In this document: piece after piece, positions 35,654-44,400 of the stretch | How the letters are laid out: the number at the start of each line of letters is the position of its first letter | Numbering within the stretch: the first letter of the stretch is position 1 | Assembly: GCA_016790175.1 (NCBI GenBank) | Contig: JAEUPI010000094.1 | Location: 20,967-84,966 of the forward strand | Length of the DNA: 64,000 nt | Reading direction: 5' to 3' | From: Burkholderiaceae bacterium | GTDB taxonomy: Bacteria > Pseudomonadota > Gammaproteobacteria > Burkholderiales > Burkholderiaceae_C | Translations under genes and position numbers: made by a program | Notes under the pieces: model-generated | Told to the model about the DNA's origin: nothing | Seen by the model: the letters and a program-made list of their open reading frames with translations, nothing else | The model's database searches: none

Positions 35654-36712
35654 ATGGACAAGGCGAAGTCGCAGCAGTTCATGCTCAAGGTGGTCGGCGA
35701 CGTCGGCACGGTGCTGGCGGCTGGCGCGGCACTCGTCGGTGACCGCTCGGGTCTGTTCCGCGCGATGGCCGGCGCCGGTGCGTTGAGCGCACAGGTCATC
35801 GCCGAGCGCAGCGACGTGCAGCCGCGCTACGTCGAAGAATGGCTCGCGGTGATGACCGGTGCCGGTTACGTCGAGCACGACGCCGCCCATGACACCTACA
35901 CGCTGCCCGACGAACACGCCCTCTTCCTCACCAACCCGGCGACCGAGTACTACCTCGGTGGGCTGTTCCACGGCTTGCCGGGGTTGATGTCGTCGCTGCC
36001 GCGCGTGGCGCAGGCCTACCAGACCGGCGAAGGCGTGCACTTCGCCGACTTTGGCGCCGAGATGCCACTCGCGCTCGAGGCGATGAACCGGCCGGTCTAC
36101 GAGACCCGCCTGGTACGCGACTGGCTGCCCGCGCTGCCTGCCGCGCTCGAGCGCCTGCGCGCCGGCGGCCGCGCGCTCGATGTCGGCTGCGGCACCGGCG
36201 TCGTGCCGATCACGCTGGCCAAGGCCTTCGAGCGCGCGACGATCGCCGGGCTCGACCTCGATGCTCGCTCGATCGCCATCGCGCGCGAGCGCGCCCGCGA
36301 AGCCGGCGTCGGCGAGCGCGTGCAATTCCTGCAGACTCCCGTCGAGCAGTTGCCGCGCGACGAGCGCTGGGATCTGATCACGACCTTCGACGTCATCCAC
36401 GACCTGCCCGATCCGCACGGCACGCTGGTACTCATCCGCGCCGCGCTGGCCGAAGGCGGCACCTACCTGATGGTCGAACCGAAGGTGGCCGACCGGCTCG
36501 AGGACAACGTCGCCAACCCGTTCGCGCGCATGCTGTACGGCATGAGCTGCCTGCACTGCGTGCCGCAGTCGCTGGCGCAGGGTGGCCCCGGGCTCGGCGC
36601 GTGCTGGGGCGAGTCGCGCGCCCGCGCGCTGGCGCGGGCCGCGGGGTTCGCCGAGTTCCGCCGTCTCGAGGTGCGCAGCCCGGCGATGTCGTTCTATGCG
36701 CTGAGCGGGTGA
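35654..36712 (+). CDS. Class I SAM-dependent methyltransferase with N-terminal winged-helix-like domain
   Basis: RBS aggag + ATG at 35654; motif I ALDVGCGTGV; post-I IAGLDLD; motif II/III region WDLITTFDVIHD. Confidence 0.8.
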   Translation: MDKAKSQQFMLKVVGDVGTVLAAGAALVGDRSGLFRAMAGAGALSAQVIAERSDVQPRYVEEWLAVMTGAGYVEHDAAHDTYTLPDEHALFLTNPATEYYLGGLFHGLPGLMSSLPRVAQAYQTGEGVHFADFGAEMPLALEAMNRPVYETRLVRDWLPALPAALERLRAGGRALDVGCGTGVVPITLAKAFERATIAGLDLDARSIAIARERAREAGVGERVQFLQTPVEQLPRDERWDLITTFDVIHDLPDPHGTLVLIRAALAEGGTYLMVEPKVADRLEDNVANPFARMLYGMSCLHCVPQSLAQGGPGLGACWGESRARALARAAGFAEFRRLEVRSPAMSFYALSG

Positions 36713-37057
36713 GGGCCGATCGACGCCTGTAGGCACCCGCGTTTGCGCGGCCCGTACCATCTTCGGGTCTTCTCGCGCGCGGTCGGCGCGGCGCGGCGGG
36801 CGGTACCCGCCTGGGACTCACACTGGGTCGGTCGACGCCTGCGGCGCCGACTACGCTGCGTTGCCCGGTCTTTCGGCCCCGCTGCCGAACTCGCTGCGTG
36901 ATCGGCCGCGGCAGCGGACCGACCGTATTGAGAACTCTCCCCAGGGCACGGCCACAGGTTCTGGCCGCCATGGGTGGGCATCTTCCCCGGGCGCGCCGCG
37001 GCAGGCCCTGCGGCTGCGCGCTGCGAACGACGCCCGGCGCCGATACCGCGGAAACCG

Positions 37058-38602
37058 TCAGCGGCGCAGCTGCAGACGGCACGATTGCACCGCGCGTCGA
37101 ACGTGCCAAGCTTCGCAGCGTCGCACGCCGGACTCGTCGGCGCAGACGAAGTGCAGCGAGCCGCCGCGCGACATGCATCCCACCGCGGCCAGCTCGCGTT
37201 GCACGCCCGCTGGCGACGTCAGCGACTGCGGCGCCGGAGCGGCCACACCGGCCGCCGCGGCAGCGGTGACCGAGCGCTCGCCGGCAACCGGACCGGCCGC
37301 GGTCGGCGAGCGCTGTGGCACGGCCCCCGGCAGCAGATCGACCTTCGACGGTGGCCGCGGATGCGCCGGCTGATTCGCCGCCGAGACGCTGTAGACGCAG
37401 CTTTCGCCGACGCTCGCCATGAACGGCTTGCACGTCGCCATCGCGCTGGCGCTCGGGCAGCCGAGCCCCGGACAGACGCTGCCCACCAGCTTGGCGTCGC
37501 GGAAGGCCTTGACGAAGGCCGCCCTGTTGCCCTGCCAGAACACCTGGTTGCACCAGGTGTAGTTGCCGATCAGCTTCAGCTCGGCCGCCTTGGCCGTGTG
37601 CGCGTTGACCCATCGCGTCACGTGCGAGTAGCCGAGCGTCACGAAGCGCTGGTTGCAGTACAGCGGCACCGACGTGGCAGGCAGCTTCTTGCTGTCGGAT
37701 TGGTAGCGCGCCCAGGCGTTGGCCGCGGCCAGTGCCACCGAGCCGGCGCCGTTGAAGTTGACGCGCTCCTTGGTCAGCTGCGGCAGCACCTGCTGGACCA
37801 CGTGTGCCGACCACTGTGCATCGAGCGCCTTGTCGTACACCTCGACCGCCTTGCCGATCTCGGCATCGGCGTGGCCGCCTGCCTTGGCCTTGGCCTTGAT
37901 CGAATCGACCAGCTTCTGCAGCGCCCACAGGTCCTCCGACTCGATCGCCGTCAGCCCCTCCGGCAGCAGGCGCGGCTTGAAGTACTTCTCGTACACCTGC
38001 TGCGATTTCGGCTTCGGCGGCGGCCCGCTGCTGTCGCAGCCACCGAACAGCTTGCCGGCCGTGGCGCAGTAGCCGTCCTTCGCGACGTTGTAGGCGCCTT
38101 CGCCGAGATCGGCGAAGAACTCCGCCACCGCCTTGCCGCCCGAGTAGACATCCTTGGCGAACTCGATCAGCTCGGCGATCAGCGCGCAGGCGTCGGCGCC
38201 GCCGAGCAGCACCTGCACCACCGCGCAAGTGGCCGCGGCACCGAGGTGATAGGCCACGCCCCAGTAGTCCTTGTCCTTGTAGGCGATGTAGGCATCGACC
38301 GCCTGCCAGAACGACGACGGCACGCCGGCTTCGTTCGACGCCTTCTTGCCGAGCGGCGTGTCGTGGAAGCTGTCGACGCAGACCACCGGATCGGTCTTCC
38401 CCGAGGCGAGGCAATCGAAGAGACCCTTCGACGCCGCGAGATCGGCTGCCGATACCGGCAGCGAATTCGGCGGCGCGGCCTTGTCGATCTTCTGATAGGT
38501 ACTGATGAAGTCGTCGAGCGTGTCGGCGCGTGCCGGGCCGGGTGCGAGCCAGGCCAGCGGCAGCAGCAGGACCAGCGCCACCATCGACCCGAACCGCCGC
38601 AT
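37058..38602 (-). CDS. Exported Cys-rich protein of unknown function (514 aa), last gene of the CsgG-like operon
   Basis: ATG at 38602 with RBS; signal peptide MRRFGSMVALVLLLPLAWLAPGPARA; about 20 Cys; no recognisable domain. Confidence 0.7.
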   Translation of the reverse strand: MRRFGSMVALVLLLPLAWLAPGPARADTLDDFISTYQKIDKAAPPNSLPVSAADLAASKGLFDCLASGKTDPVVCVDSFHDTPLGKKASNEAGVPSSFWQAVDAYIAYKDKDYWGVAYHLGAAATCAVVQVLLGGADACALIAELIEFAKDVYSGGKAVAEFFADLGEGAYNVAKDGYCATAGKLFGGCDSSGPPPKPKSQQVYEKYFKPRLLPEGLTAIESEDLWALQKLVDSIKAKAKAGGHADAEIGKAVEVYDKALDAQWSAHVVQQVLPQLTKERVNFNGAGSVALAAANAWARYQSDSKKLPATSVPLYCNQRFVTLGYSHVTRWVNAHTAKAAELKLIGNYTWCNQVFWQGNRAAFVKAFRDAKLVGSVCPGLGCPSASAMATCKPFMASVGESCVYSVSAANQPAHPRPPSKVDLLPGAVPQRSPTAAGPVAGERSVTAAAAAGVAAPAPQSLTSPAGVQRELAAVGCMSRGGSLHFVCADESGVRRCEAWHVRRAVQSCRLQLRR

Positions 38603-38676
38603 CGTCGTGCCCGGAGGTGCCACGCGGTTCGGTGTGCAACCTCCGGGCTGCGAGCACCGTTCGGAGCGGTCCGTGC

Positions 38677-39333
38677 TCATGGCCGGCTCCCCGCCGGCGT
38701 GGCGCGCTGCCCGGTGGCCGCCGCCAGCTCGCGCTTGATTGCGCCGACCGTGACGCGCCGGCCCGAGGGCGACTCGAGCACGGTGTCGTCGGGCCGTGAC
38801 AGCACCGCGCGCCAGTCGGTGCGGGCGTCGACGCGCAGTACCCGTCCCGCCGCCGGCTGGCCGGGCGCGGTCACGGCGCGGCCGAGCCGGGCTTCGACGC
38901 GCGGCATCACGAAGCGCAACTGCTCGGCCGTCACCGTGCGGCCGGACGGCAGCTGGAACACCTCGGTGCCGGGCCGGCGCAGCGCGTCGTTCAGGTCCTC
39001 GCCGCTGCGCAGCGGCGTGCCGCTGCGCCCCGGCGGCGCGACCAGCCCGGCCGGTGCCGCACGCTCGCCGCCGCGCATGCGGCTCGCGGCGGCGTCCAGG
39101 CGGCGCAGATCGCCGACACGCATGCGACGGTTCGGCGCGAACTCGACGATGTCACTGTCGGCGCGGCCGGCAAGCGAGCGCGCGGTCATGGCCGGCGTGT
39201 AGGGGATGACGGCCCTCGATGCCGCGGTGGCGCGTGCCGGCGCCTCGGCAGCCGCGAGCGCCGGCGCGCCGGGCGCGAGCATCGCCGCGGCCGTAACGGC
39301 CGTCCGGGCCGCGATCAGGAAGCGTGCGTCCAT
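38677..39333 (-). CDS. Exported protein (218 aa) with three short internal repeats
   Basis: Signal peptide MDARFLIAARTAVTAAAMLAPGAPALA. Repeats FAPNRRMRVGDLRRL / QLPSGRTVTAEQLRF / ESPSGRRVTVGAIKREL. Confidence 0.65.
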   Translation of the reverse strand: MDARFLIAARTAVTAAAMLAPGAPALAAAEAPARATAASRAVIPYTPAMTARSLAGRADSDIVEFAPNRRMRVGDLRRLDAAASRMRGGERAAPAGLVAPPGRSGTPLRSGEDLNDALRRPGTEVFQLPSGRTVTAEQLRFVMPRVEARLGRAVTAPGQPAAGRVLRVDARTDWRAVLSRPDDTVLESPSGRRVTVGAIKRELAAATGQRATPAGSRP

Positions 39334-39364
39334 GTCGAGGTCCTCTCTCGAATCCGAATCCTGC

Positions 39365-40609
39365 TCAGCGTGAACCCGAAGGCATGTGCAGCCGACCGGC
39401 GGCTGCCGGCGCGGTGCCGTCCTGCGCCGGGCTGAAGCGCAGGTTGTCGGTGGCTGCGGCCTGCGGCGGCGGCAGCGGCGCACCACCGCACAGTCCCGCG
39501 ACGCTGACCGTCAGCATGAATTCGTTGTTGGCCTTGCTGGCTTCCTTCAGCTGGTTCAGCGGGTCCAGGCGCAGCCGCAGCTTGTTGACGCCCGGCCGCA
39601 GACCGATCGTGTCGACGCGGCTCACCGCGGCCCCGGCGGCGATCGCCGGCGTCTGCGCCACCTGTGCGCCGGGGCTGCCTTCGACCGTCCACTGGCGGTC
39701 CGATGCGGGGCTGCCGGCCGCGCCGAGGTTGCGGACCTCGTGTTCGAACGCGACCTGGCACACGCCGTTGGCGGTCGTGCGCGCGTCGGTGTCGGGCAAT
39801 GCGAGCATGGCGCCCGACGCGGCGCTGTGCTTGCCGGCGACGACGACGCGCGCGCCGCTGGCCAGATCGGGCAGCGCCGCCCCGATCGCAGGCAGGGTCG
39901 CGAGCCGTCCCCTGCCCGGCGCCGTCATGTCCGCACCGGGCTGCGCCGTCGCGTCTGGCGTGCTCTGCCCCGCTGCGCCCGTCTTGCCCCGGGGCAAGGG
40001 CGGCGTCTGGACCTGCTGCGCCGCCATCCGGCCGGACGGTGACACCGGCTTATTCATCGCTGCCAGCTTGTTCGCCTCGGCTCCGGTCGTGGCCCTCGAC
40101 AGCAGCGGGCGATTCTTCTCGGCGGGTACCGAGAATCCCGACCAATCGGTGAGGTTCTTGAATTCGAGCCGCACGCACGGGTCGTCTTGGACGACGGGGT
40201 CACCCGTGCACTTGAACTCCGAGCGCAAGGTGCCCGAATGTTTCTTGCCCGGATCGGTCAACTTCACCAGCTCTTCGAGCCGGCTCGCGCCCGAATGCCA
40301 GGTAACCCGAGCCTCGGCCCACAGCGCCGACTCGCCTGTATTGGGCGCGGCCACGCCTGCCTTGACGTGGTCGACCCAGATCTTGCAGATGCCGTCGAAC
40401 CAGTAGCTGCGCGTGCGGGCGGCGGCATCGTCGGTCACCTGCTTCAGCTTGAAGCTGCCGCAGTCGGCCATGTGCTTGACGAGGTGCGTCTTGTCGACGG
40501 TCGTGGTCGTGCTCGAAAAGCCGAGCGCCGACACCGCCTGCGGCAGGCACAGCGCCGCCGGCAGCAGCGCCGCGCCGGTAACGCGCCGCGACAGAAGAGC
40601 GATCGTCAT
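39365..40609 (-). CDS. Exported protein (414 aa): Cys-containing N-domain, Pro/Ala linker, CARDB-like C-terminal beta-sandwich
   Basis: ATGA overlap with the upstream gene; signal peptide. C-terminal ...CQVAFEHEVRNLGAAGSPAS...GAAVSRVDTIGLRPGVNKLRLRLDPLNQLKEASKANNEF resembles CARDB. Confidence 0.65.
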   Translation of the reverse strand: MTIALLSRRVTGAALLPAALCLPQAVSALGFSSTTTTVDKTHLVKHMADCGSFKLKQVTDDAAARTRSYWFDGICKIWVDHVKAGVAAPNTGESALWAEARVTWHSGASRLEELVKLTDPGKKHSGTLRSEFKCTGDPVVQDDPCVRLEFKNLTDWSGFSVPAEKNRPLLSRATTGAEANKLAAMNKPVSPSGRMAAQQVQTPPLPRGKTGAAGQSTPDATAQPGADMTAPGRGRLATLPAIGAALPDLASGARVVVAGKHSAASGAMLALPDTDARTTANGVCQVAFEHEVRNLGAAGSPASDRQWTVEGSPGAQVAQTPAIAAGAAVSRVDTIGLRPGVNKLRLRLDPLNQLKEASKANNEFMLTVSVAGLCGGAPLPPPQAAATDNLRFSPAQDGTAPAAAGRLHMPSGSR

Positions 40610-41238
40610 GGCAACACCTTCTTGGCGTTCAGCTCGACCTGAGTGGCATATGCCGCGAGCTGCTGGCTCAGAGCCCGGGCCTCGGCGGCGGTGGCCGCCG
40701 CCGTCTTCTGGAACTCCTGCAGCGAGAAGCCGATCTTGGCGTTGCCGGCGCCTGCGTTGGGCAGCCTGACGCCGCCGGCGGAACCTCCGCCCAGACCCAG
40801 AACCGGCAGACTCGTGCTCTGGTAGCTCTGCAGGCAGTGTTTCAGCAGCTTGTCGGAACACTGCGCCACCGTGTCGTTGGCGGTGCAGCCGGCCTTGGTC
40901 TGATCCTGCACGCTGTACGACTTGTTCGCGCATTCCTGCGCCATGCCCGGAACGGCTTTGACCATCGACTCGAAGGCCTTCGCGTCGCCGGAGAACTTGT
41001 TGAAGTCTTTCGCGAGCGTGTCGAGCCCAAGAGCCGGAATGACCAGGCGCGGCACGTTGCCGGGCGACAGGCGCAAGTCGCCTTTCAGCGGGGCCGCCAC
41101 GGCCTGGCGTGCCGGCCCGGCAGGCGCAGGCGTGGGCGTGTTGCGTGCGTTGTCGGCCGCGCTCGCGGCGGCCGAGGCCAACGACGTCACGATGGCGGCG
41201 GCCCGCAGTGCCGCGCAGAAGGGACTGGTGTGCTGCAT
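40606..41238 (-). CDS. Exported protein of unknown function (210 aa), four-Cys helical region
   Basis: Signal peptide MQHTSPFCAALRAAAIVTSLASAAASA; ...AQECANKSY...KAGCTANDTVAQCSDKLLKHC... Confidence 0.6.
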   Translation of the reverse strand: MQHTSPFCAALRAAAIVTSLASAAASAADNARNTPTPAPAGPARQAVAAPLKGDLRLSPGNVPRLVIPALGLDTLAKDFNKFSGDAKAFESMVKAVPGMAQECANKSYSVQDQTKAGCTANDTVAQCSDKLLKHCLQSYQSTSLPVLGLGGGSAGGVRLPNAGAGNAKIGFSLQEFQKTAAATAAEARALSQQLAAYATQVELNAKKVLP

Positions 41239-41250
41239 CGCGTCCTCCGT

Positions 41251-41997
41251 TCAGGGCTCGAACCGTCTGGCCAGCTGCAGCACCGCCTCGTCGATCACCG
41301 CGCGCAGCGCCGAGTCGATGCCTTCGCTATGGCGCTGCTGCGCCTGGACCTCGGGCGTGTAGGGCGACGACTTGCCGCGCTGCGCGAGGATCGTGCCGAT
41401 CAGGCTGCTCGTGCCGCTGACGCCGGCCTCGTCGGAGCGGATCGACCTGCGTACGCTGACCGCATCGACGATGTCGCCGTTGCCGGCGTCGACGATGCGC
41501 ACGTCGATCGCGATCGTGTCGCGGTTGCTGCTGCCGCCGAGCTGCGCACCGGCAACGCCGACGCCGGCCGAGCGCTGCCGCTCACCGGCGTTGGTCTCCG
41601 ACAGCGTGCCCTCGAAGACATACTGCGCGCCGCGCAGCGTCCGCGCCGCCGCCTTGCCCGACGCCAGGCCGCTTAGCTGCAGCTGCTTCTCGCGCATCAC
41701 GCCGTCGTTCAAGCGCGCGCGCTCGACGACGCGGAACTGTCCGCTCTGCACGAGCGCGGTCTTGAACATCTCGGTCGCCGATCGGGCGCTGACACCCGGC
41801 AGCTCGGTGCGGACCTCGTAGAGGGTCACCGCGACGCGCTCGCCGGCCTTGCGCGGCAGCTTCTTCAGCGCCTGTGCGCCGACGGTCGCATCGGCGCGCG
41901 CCGGCTGCGCGGCCAGCGCACCCATTGTCTGACTGCAGGCGGCGAGCACGACGCCGATGGCGGCGGCGAGCGCCAGGCGGAGGCAGGGATGCTTCAT
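41251..41997 (-). CDS. CsgG-family outer-membrane lipoprotein (curli-type secretion channel fold)
   Basis: Lipobox VLAAC; ERVAVTLYEV...SATEMFKTALVQSGQFRVVERARLNDGVMREKQL; GAQYVFEGTLSE...; DTIAIDVRIVDAGNGDIVDAVSV. Colinear with the CsgG family. Confidence 0.8.
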   Translation of the reverse strand: MKHPCLRLALAAAIGVVLAACSQTMGALAAQPARADATVGAQALKKLPRKAGERVAVTLYEVRTELPGVSARSATEMFKTALVQSGQFRVVERARLNDGVMREKQLQLSGLASGKAAARTLRGAQYVFEGTLSETNAGERQRSAGVGVAGAQLGGSSNRDTIAIDVRIVDAGNGDIVDAVSVRRSIRSDEAGVSGTSSLIGTILAQRGKSSPYTPEVQAQQRHSEGIDSALRAVIDEAVLQLARRFEP

Positions 41998-42026
41998 CGT
42001 GGTGACTCCTCGTGGACGACAGTGCC

Positions 42027-42734
42027 TCAGTGCGTGCGCCAGGGCCAGGGCTGACCGAAGACCGATCGGCATGCGGCGTCGAACAGCGCCGGCGCGGCCG
42101 CATCGGCGACGCCCGCGGCCAGCAGCGCCGCGCCGATCAGGCCGAGCACGGCGCCGGCCAGGCGCGTCGTCAGATCCTGCACCGCATGCATCGCGCGCCG
42201 CGCGAGGTCGCCGCGCCGGTCGGCGAAGCCGATCAGCAGCCCCAGCGCGTTCAGCACAAACCACAAGCCGAGCGGAATCAGCGCGAACGCCGGCCGCGCG
42301 AGCAGCGCGTCGTGCAACTGCGCCGGCGTGACGCCGAACACCCACGCCAGCACCAGCGCGAACCCGCACAGCCCGAGCCAGGCGAGCGCGACCCCGAACG
42401 GCACCGCCGCCGCGCCCTCGTAGATGACGAAGCGCGCCTCGCGCCGCATGAAGCTGCGCGCGAAGAACATCAAGCGTCGTTCGGCAACCGCCAGCACGCC
42501 GACGGCGACCGCGATCGCAGCAAACCCGGCCATGCCGAGCGCCAGCCACGCCGGGCGCGCCAGGTGAAACCCGGTCAGCGCGACGGCCGTCGCCGCCAGC
42601 GGCGCGACCAGGTACAGCGCGACGATGCGGCGTTCGACCCGCGCCGCTTCGGCGGCCGACACCGGATACCGGCCGCCGCTGAAGGGCAACGGCGGATCGA
42701 CCGGGCCGGCGTCGGCGAGCGCGTCGCGGTTCAT
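42027..42734 (-). CDS. Polytopic inner-membrane protein of unknown function (~235 aa)
   Basis: Five to six hydrophobic helices. ATG at 42734 preferred over the GTG at 42743. Confidence 0.6.
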   Translation of the reverse strand: MNRDALADAGPVDPPLPFSGGRYPVSAAEAARVERRIVALYLVAPLAATAVALTGFHLARPAWLALGMAGFAAIAVAVGVLAVAERRLMFFARSFMRREARFVIYEGAAAVPFGVALAWLGLCGFALVLAWVFGVTPAQLHDALLARPAFALIPLGLWFVLNALGLLIGFADRRGDLARRAMHAVQDLTTRLAGAVLGLIGAALLAAGVADAAAPALFDAACRSVFGQPWPWRTH

Positions 42735-42750
42735 CGTGGGCACCGGTTGC

Positions 42751-43311
42751 TCAGTACTTGACGTCGTCGCGTTTGACGAAGGCGCCGTCCCTGCCGCTCA
42801 ACGTCACCGACGACATGCCCTTGTCGGTCATGACCGACACCGACCAGAACAGCTGTGGCTTGCCGAGCGCCTGGTTGCCGACCACCAGGCCCAGGCCGAG
42901 GTTCTTCGCCGACTTGTCGAGCTTCAGCCCGGCCTTGGCGGCGGCCGCGACCGCCTGGTCGCTGTCGACGAAATCGCTGCCGATCGCGTCGACCGAGGTG
43001 TTGCGCACATCGGCCTCGACCTCGACCTTGCCGCCGTCGCGCACGGTGACGATGGCGCTCTTCTTCGCGCCCGGCGAATAGAAGGTCACGAGCCAGCTCG
43101 CCGCGCGGCCGTCGCCGCCGCCGCGCAGCGTCGACACGTGGGTCGCCACCGCGTCGCCGCGCCACTTGGTGGCGGCGGGTGCCGCCTGCGCGAGCGCTGC
43201 CCTGGCGGTCTGCGCCAGCGCGGCGGTGGCGGTCAGTGCCAGTGCGATGCCGGCCAGGCCGACCAGCGTGGCCGCGGCGCCGAAGCGTCGATGGATCGTT
43301 GCGAGGGTCAT
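42751..43311 (-). CDS. Exported protein (186 aa), PepSY-like pattern (weak)
   Basis: Signal peptide ...LVGLAGIALALTATAALAQT; ...IGSDFVDSDQAVAAAAKAGL... helix typical of PepSY-type domains. Confidence 0.55.
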   Translation of the reverse strand: MTLATIHRRFGAAATLVGLAGIALALTATAALAQTARAALAQAAPAATKWRGDAVATHVSTLRGGGDGRAASWLVTFYSPGAKKSAIVTVRDGGKVEVEADVRNTSVDAIGSDFVDSDQAVAAAAKAGLKLDKSAKNLGLGLVVGNQALGKPQLFWSVSVMTDKGMSSVTLSGRDGAFVKRDDVKY

Positions 43312-43339
43312 GGCGATGGCTCCTGAACGTGAACAGTTC

Positions 43340-43585
43340 CTAGCGGAGGTCCCGCGGCGGTCGCGGCGAGGGCGCGGCCAGATCGACCAGCCAGCGGATC
43401 AGTTGATGCAGGCTGGCGACTTCGCGCGGCCGGTCGTGACCTTCGATCACGGCCTGCCAGCGCTCGCCGCGCCGCTGCAGCTCGATGTGGAACAGTGCGG
43501 CCTCGCGGCCAGCAGGCGCGGGCATGACGCCGCCATCGCGCCGCGCGAGTTCTCCGTCGTTCATGGCTTGGCCCCCGCGGTGCAC
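43340..43585 (-). CDS. Small cytoplasmic protein (81 aa; possibly 68 aa from 43546), LFHIELQ...WQAVIEGHD type
   Basis: No signal peptide. Colinear with the 72-aa ORF at 33916-34134 (LF-x-[VI]-x-[VL]-x6-[FW]-x-A-x-[VI]-x3-D ... L..[FW]L). Confidence 0.5.
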   Translation of the reverse strand: MHRGGQAMNDGELARRDGGVMPAPAGREAALFHIELQRRGERWQAVIEGHDRPREVASLHQLIRWLVDLAAPSPRPPRDLR

Positions 43586-44295
43586 TGCTGAAGCGCAATG
43601 GCGGGCGCGCCGAGCACCGTGCCGAGCATGAGCGACGCTTTCGGTGCCAGCGGCGCCTGCAGCGTGTGCACACCACCGGGCGGTGTCGGCGCCGCGGTGT
43701 GCGGCTGCACCGACCAGACGATGCGCAACGCCGCCGGCAGCGGCGCGCTGCCGGTATGGGTCGCCGTAAACTCGTACTCGCGCTTCATCGTCGCGAAACT
43801 GCCGCTGCCCACCGCCTTCATGCCCTTGGCCGCGAGGCCGCAGGCGAGCGTCACGTCGGGCAGCGCCTTCGGGACCCTGCCTGCATCCGCCGTCGCACGC
43901 GCTGCGGGCATCGCCTTCGTTGCCGTGCCGTCGCGCCCCGGCGACGCGGTCGAGTCCGGCGCGACGGCCCGCAGGCCGGTGGCCGACGGCGGCGACATCC
44001 TGCGTGCGCCACCGGCGCTGCCTTGCTGCTCATAGGTCTTCATGCACTGCTCGATGTACTGCTGCACCTTCTGCTTGAAGGCGTCGGTGCCGGCGCCGGG
44101 CGAGGTCGGCGGGTATTTCGTGGCCGCCTGGTACGAGCACATCGTGTACGGCGAAGTCGGCGGCTTGACGCAGCCGCCGAGCGCGCCGGGCACCTGTCCC
44201 GGCGGGCAGGCCGCGTACACGGCGGCCCCGGTGCCGGCGAGCACGGCGGCCTGCGCGCGCGGTGCGACCGGTCGGAACGCGAATCGCCTTGGCAT
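43561..44295 (-). CDS. Exported Pro/Cys-containing protein of unknown function (244 aa), first gene after the SARP regulator
   Basis: RBS agagga + ATG at 44295; N-terminal MPRRFAFRPVAPRAQAAVLAGTGAAVYAA leader; 5 Cys. Confidence 0.6.
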   Translation of the reverse strand: MPRRFAFRPVAPRAQAAVLAGTGAAVYAACPPGQVPGALGGCVKPPTSPYTMCSYQAATKYPPTSPGAGTDAFKQKVQQYIEQCMKTYEQQGSAGGARRMSPPSATGLRAVAPDSTASPGRDGTATKAMPAARATADAGRVPKALPDVTLACGLAAKGMKAVGSGSFATMKREYEFTATHTGSAPLPAALRIVWSVQPHTAAPTPPGGVHTLQAPLAPKASLMLGTVLGAPAIALQQCTAGAKP

Positions 44296-44400
44296 GGACG
44301 GGTCCTCTGTCGTTGCCGGGTCGCTTCGGTCATCCGAAGCCTGGACGCGACGATAGGGCGCGCGGCGTTACCGCCGCGTCACAACCGCCCGATGCCGGCG

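Noticed and set aside
36713-37057. 345-nt convergent spacer between the methyltransferase gene and the last gene of the CsgG-like operon. It contains CCGCG-TTTG-CGCGG and two similar GTCGACGCCTG words.
   Set aside because: The stems are short with no conserved structure I can recognise. This is most simply a pair of weak terminators, and there is not enough evidence for an RNA gene.
44309-44330. Weak 11-bp periodicity GTCGTTGCCGG-GTCGCTTCGGT upstream of the first gene of the CsgG-like operon.
   Set aside because: It matches the repeat consensus poorly and lies only 14-35 nt from the start codon, next to the RBS. That is too close for an activator site at the -35 position.
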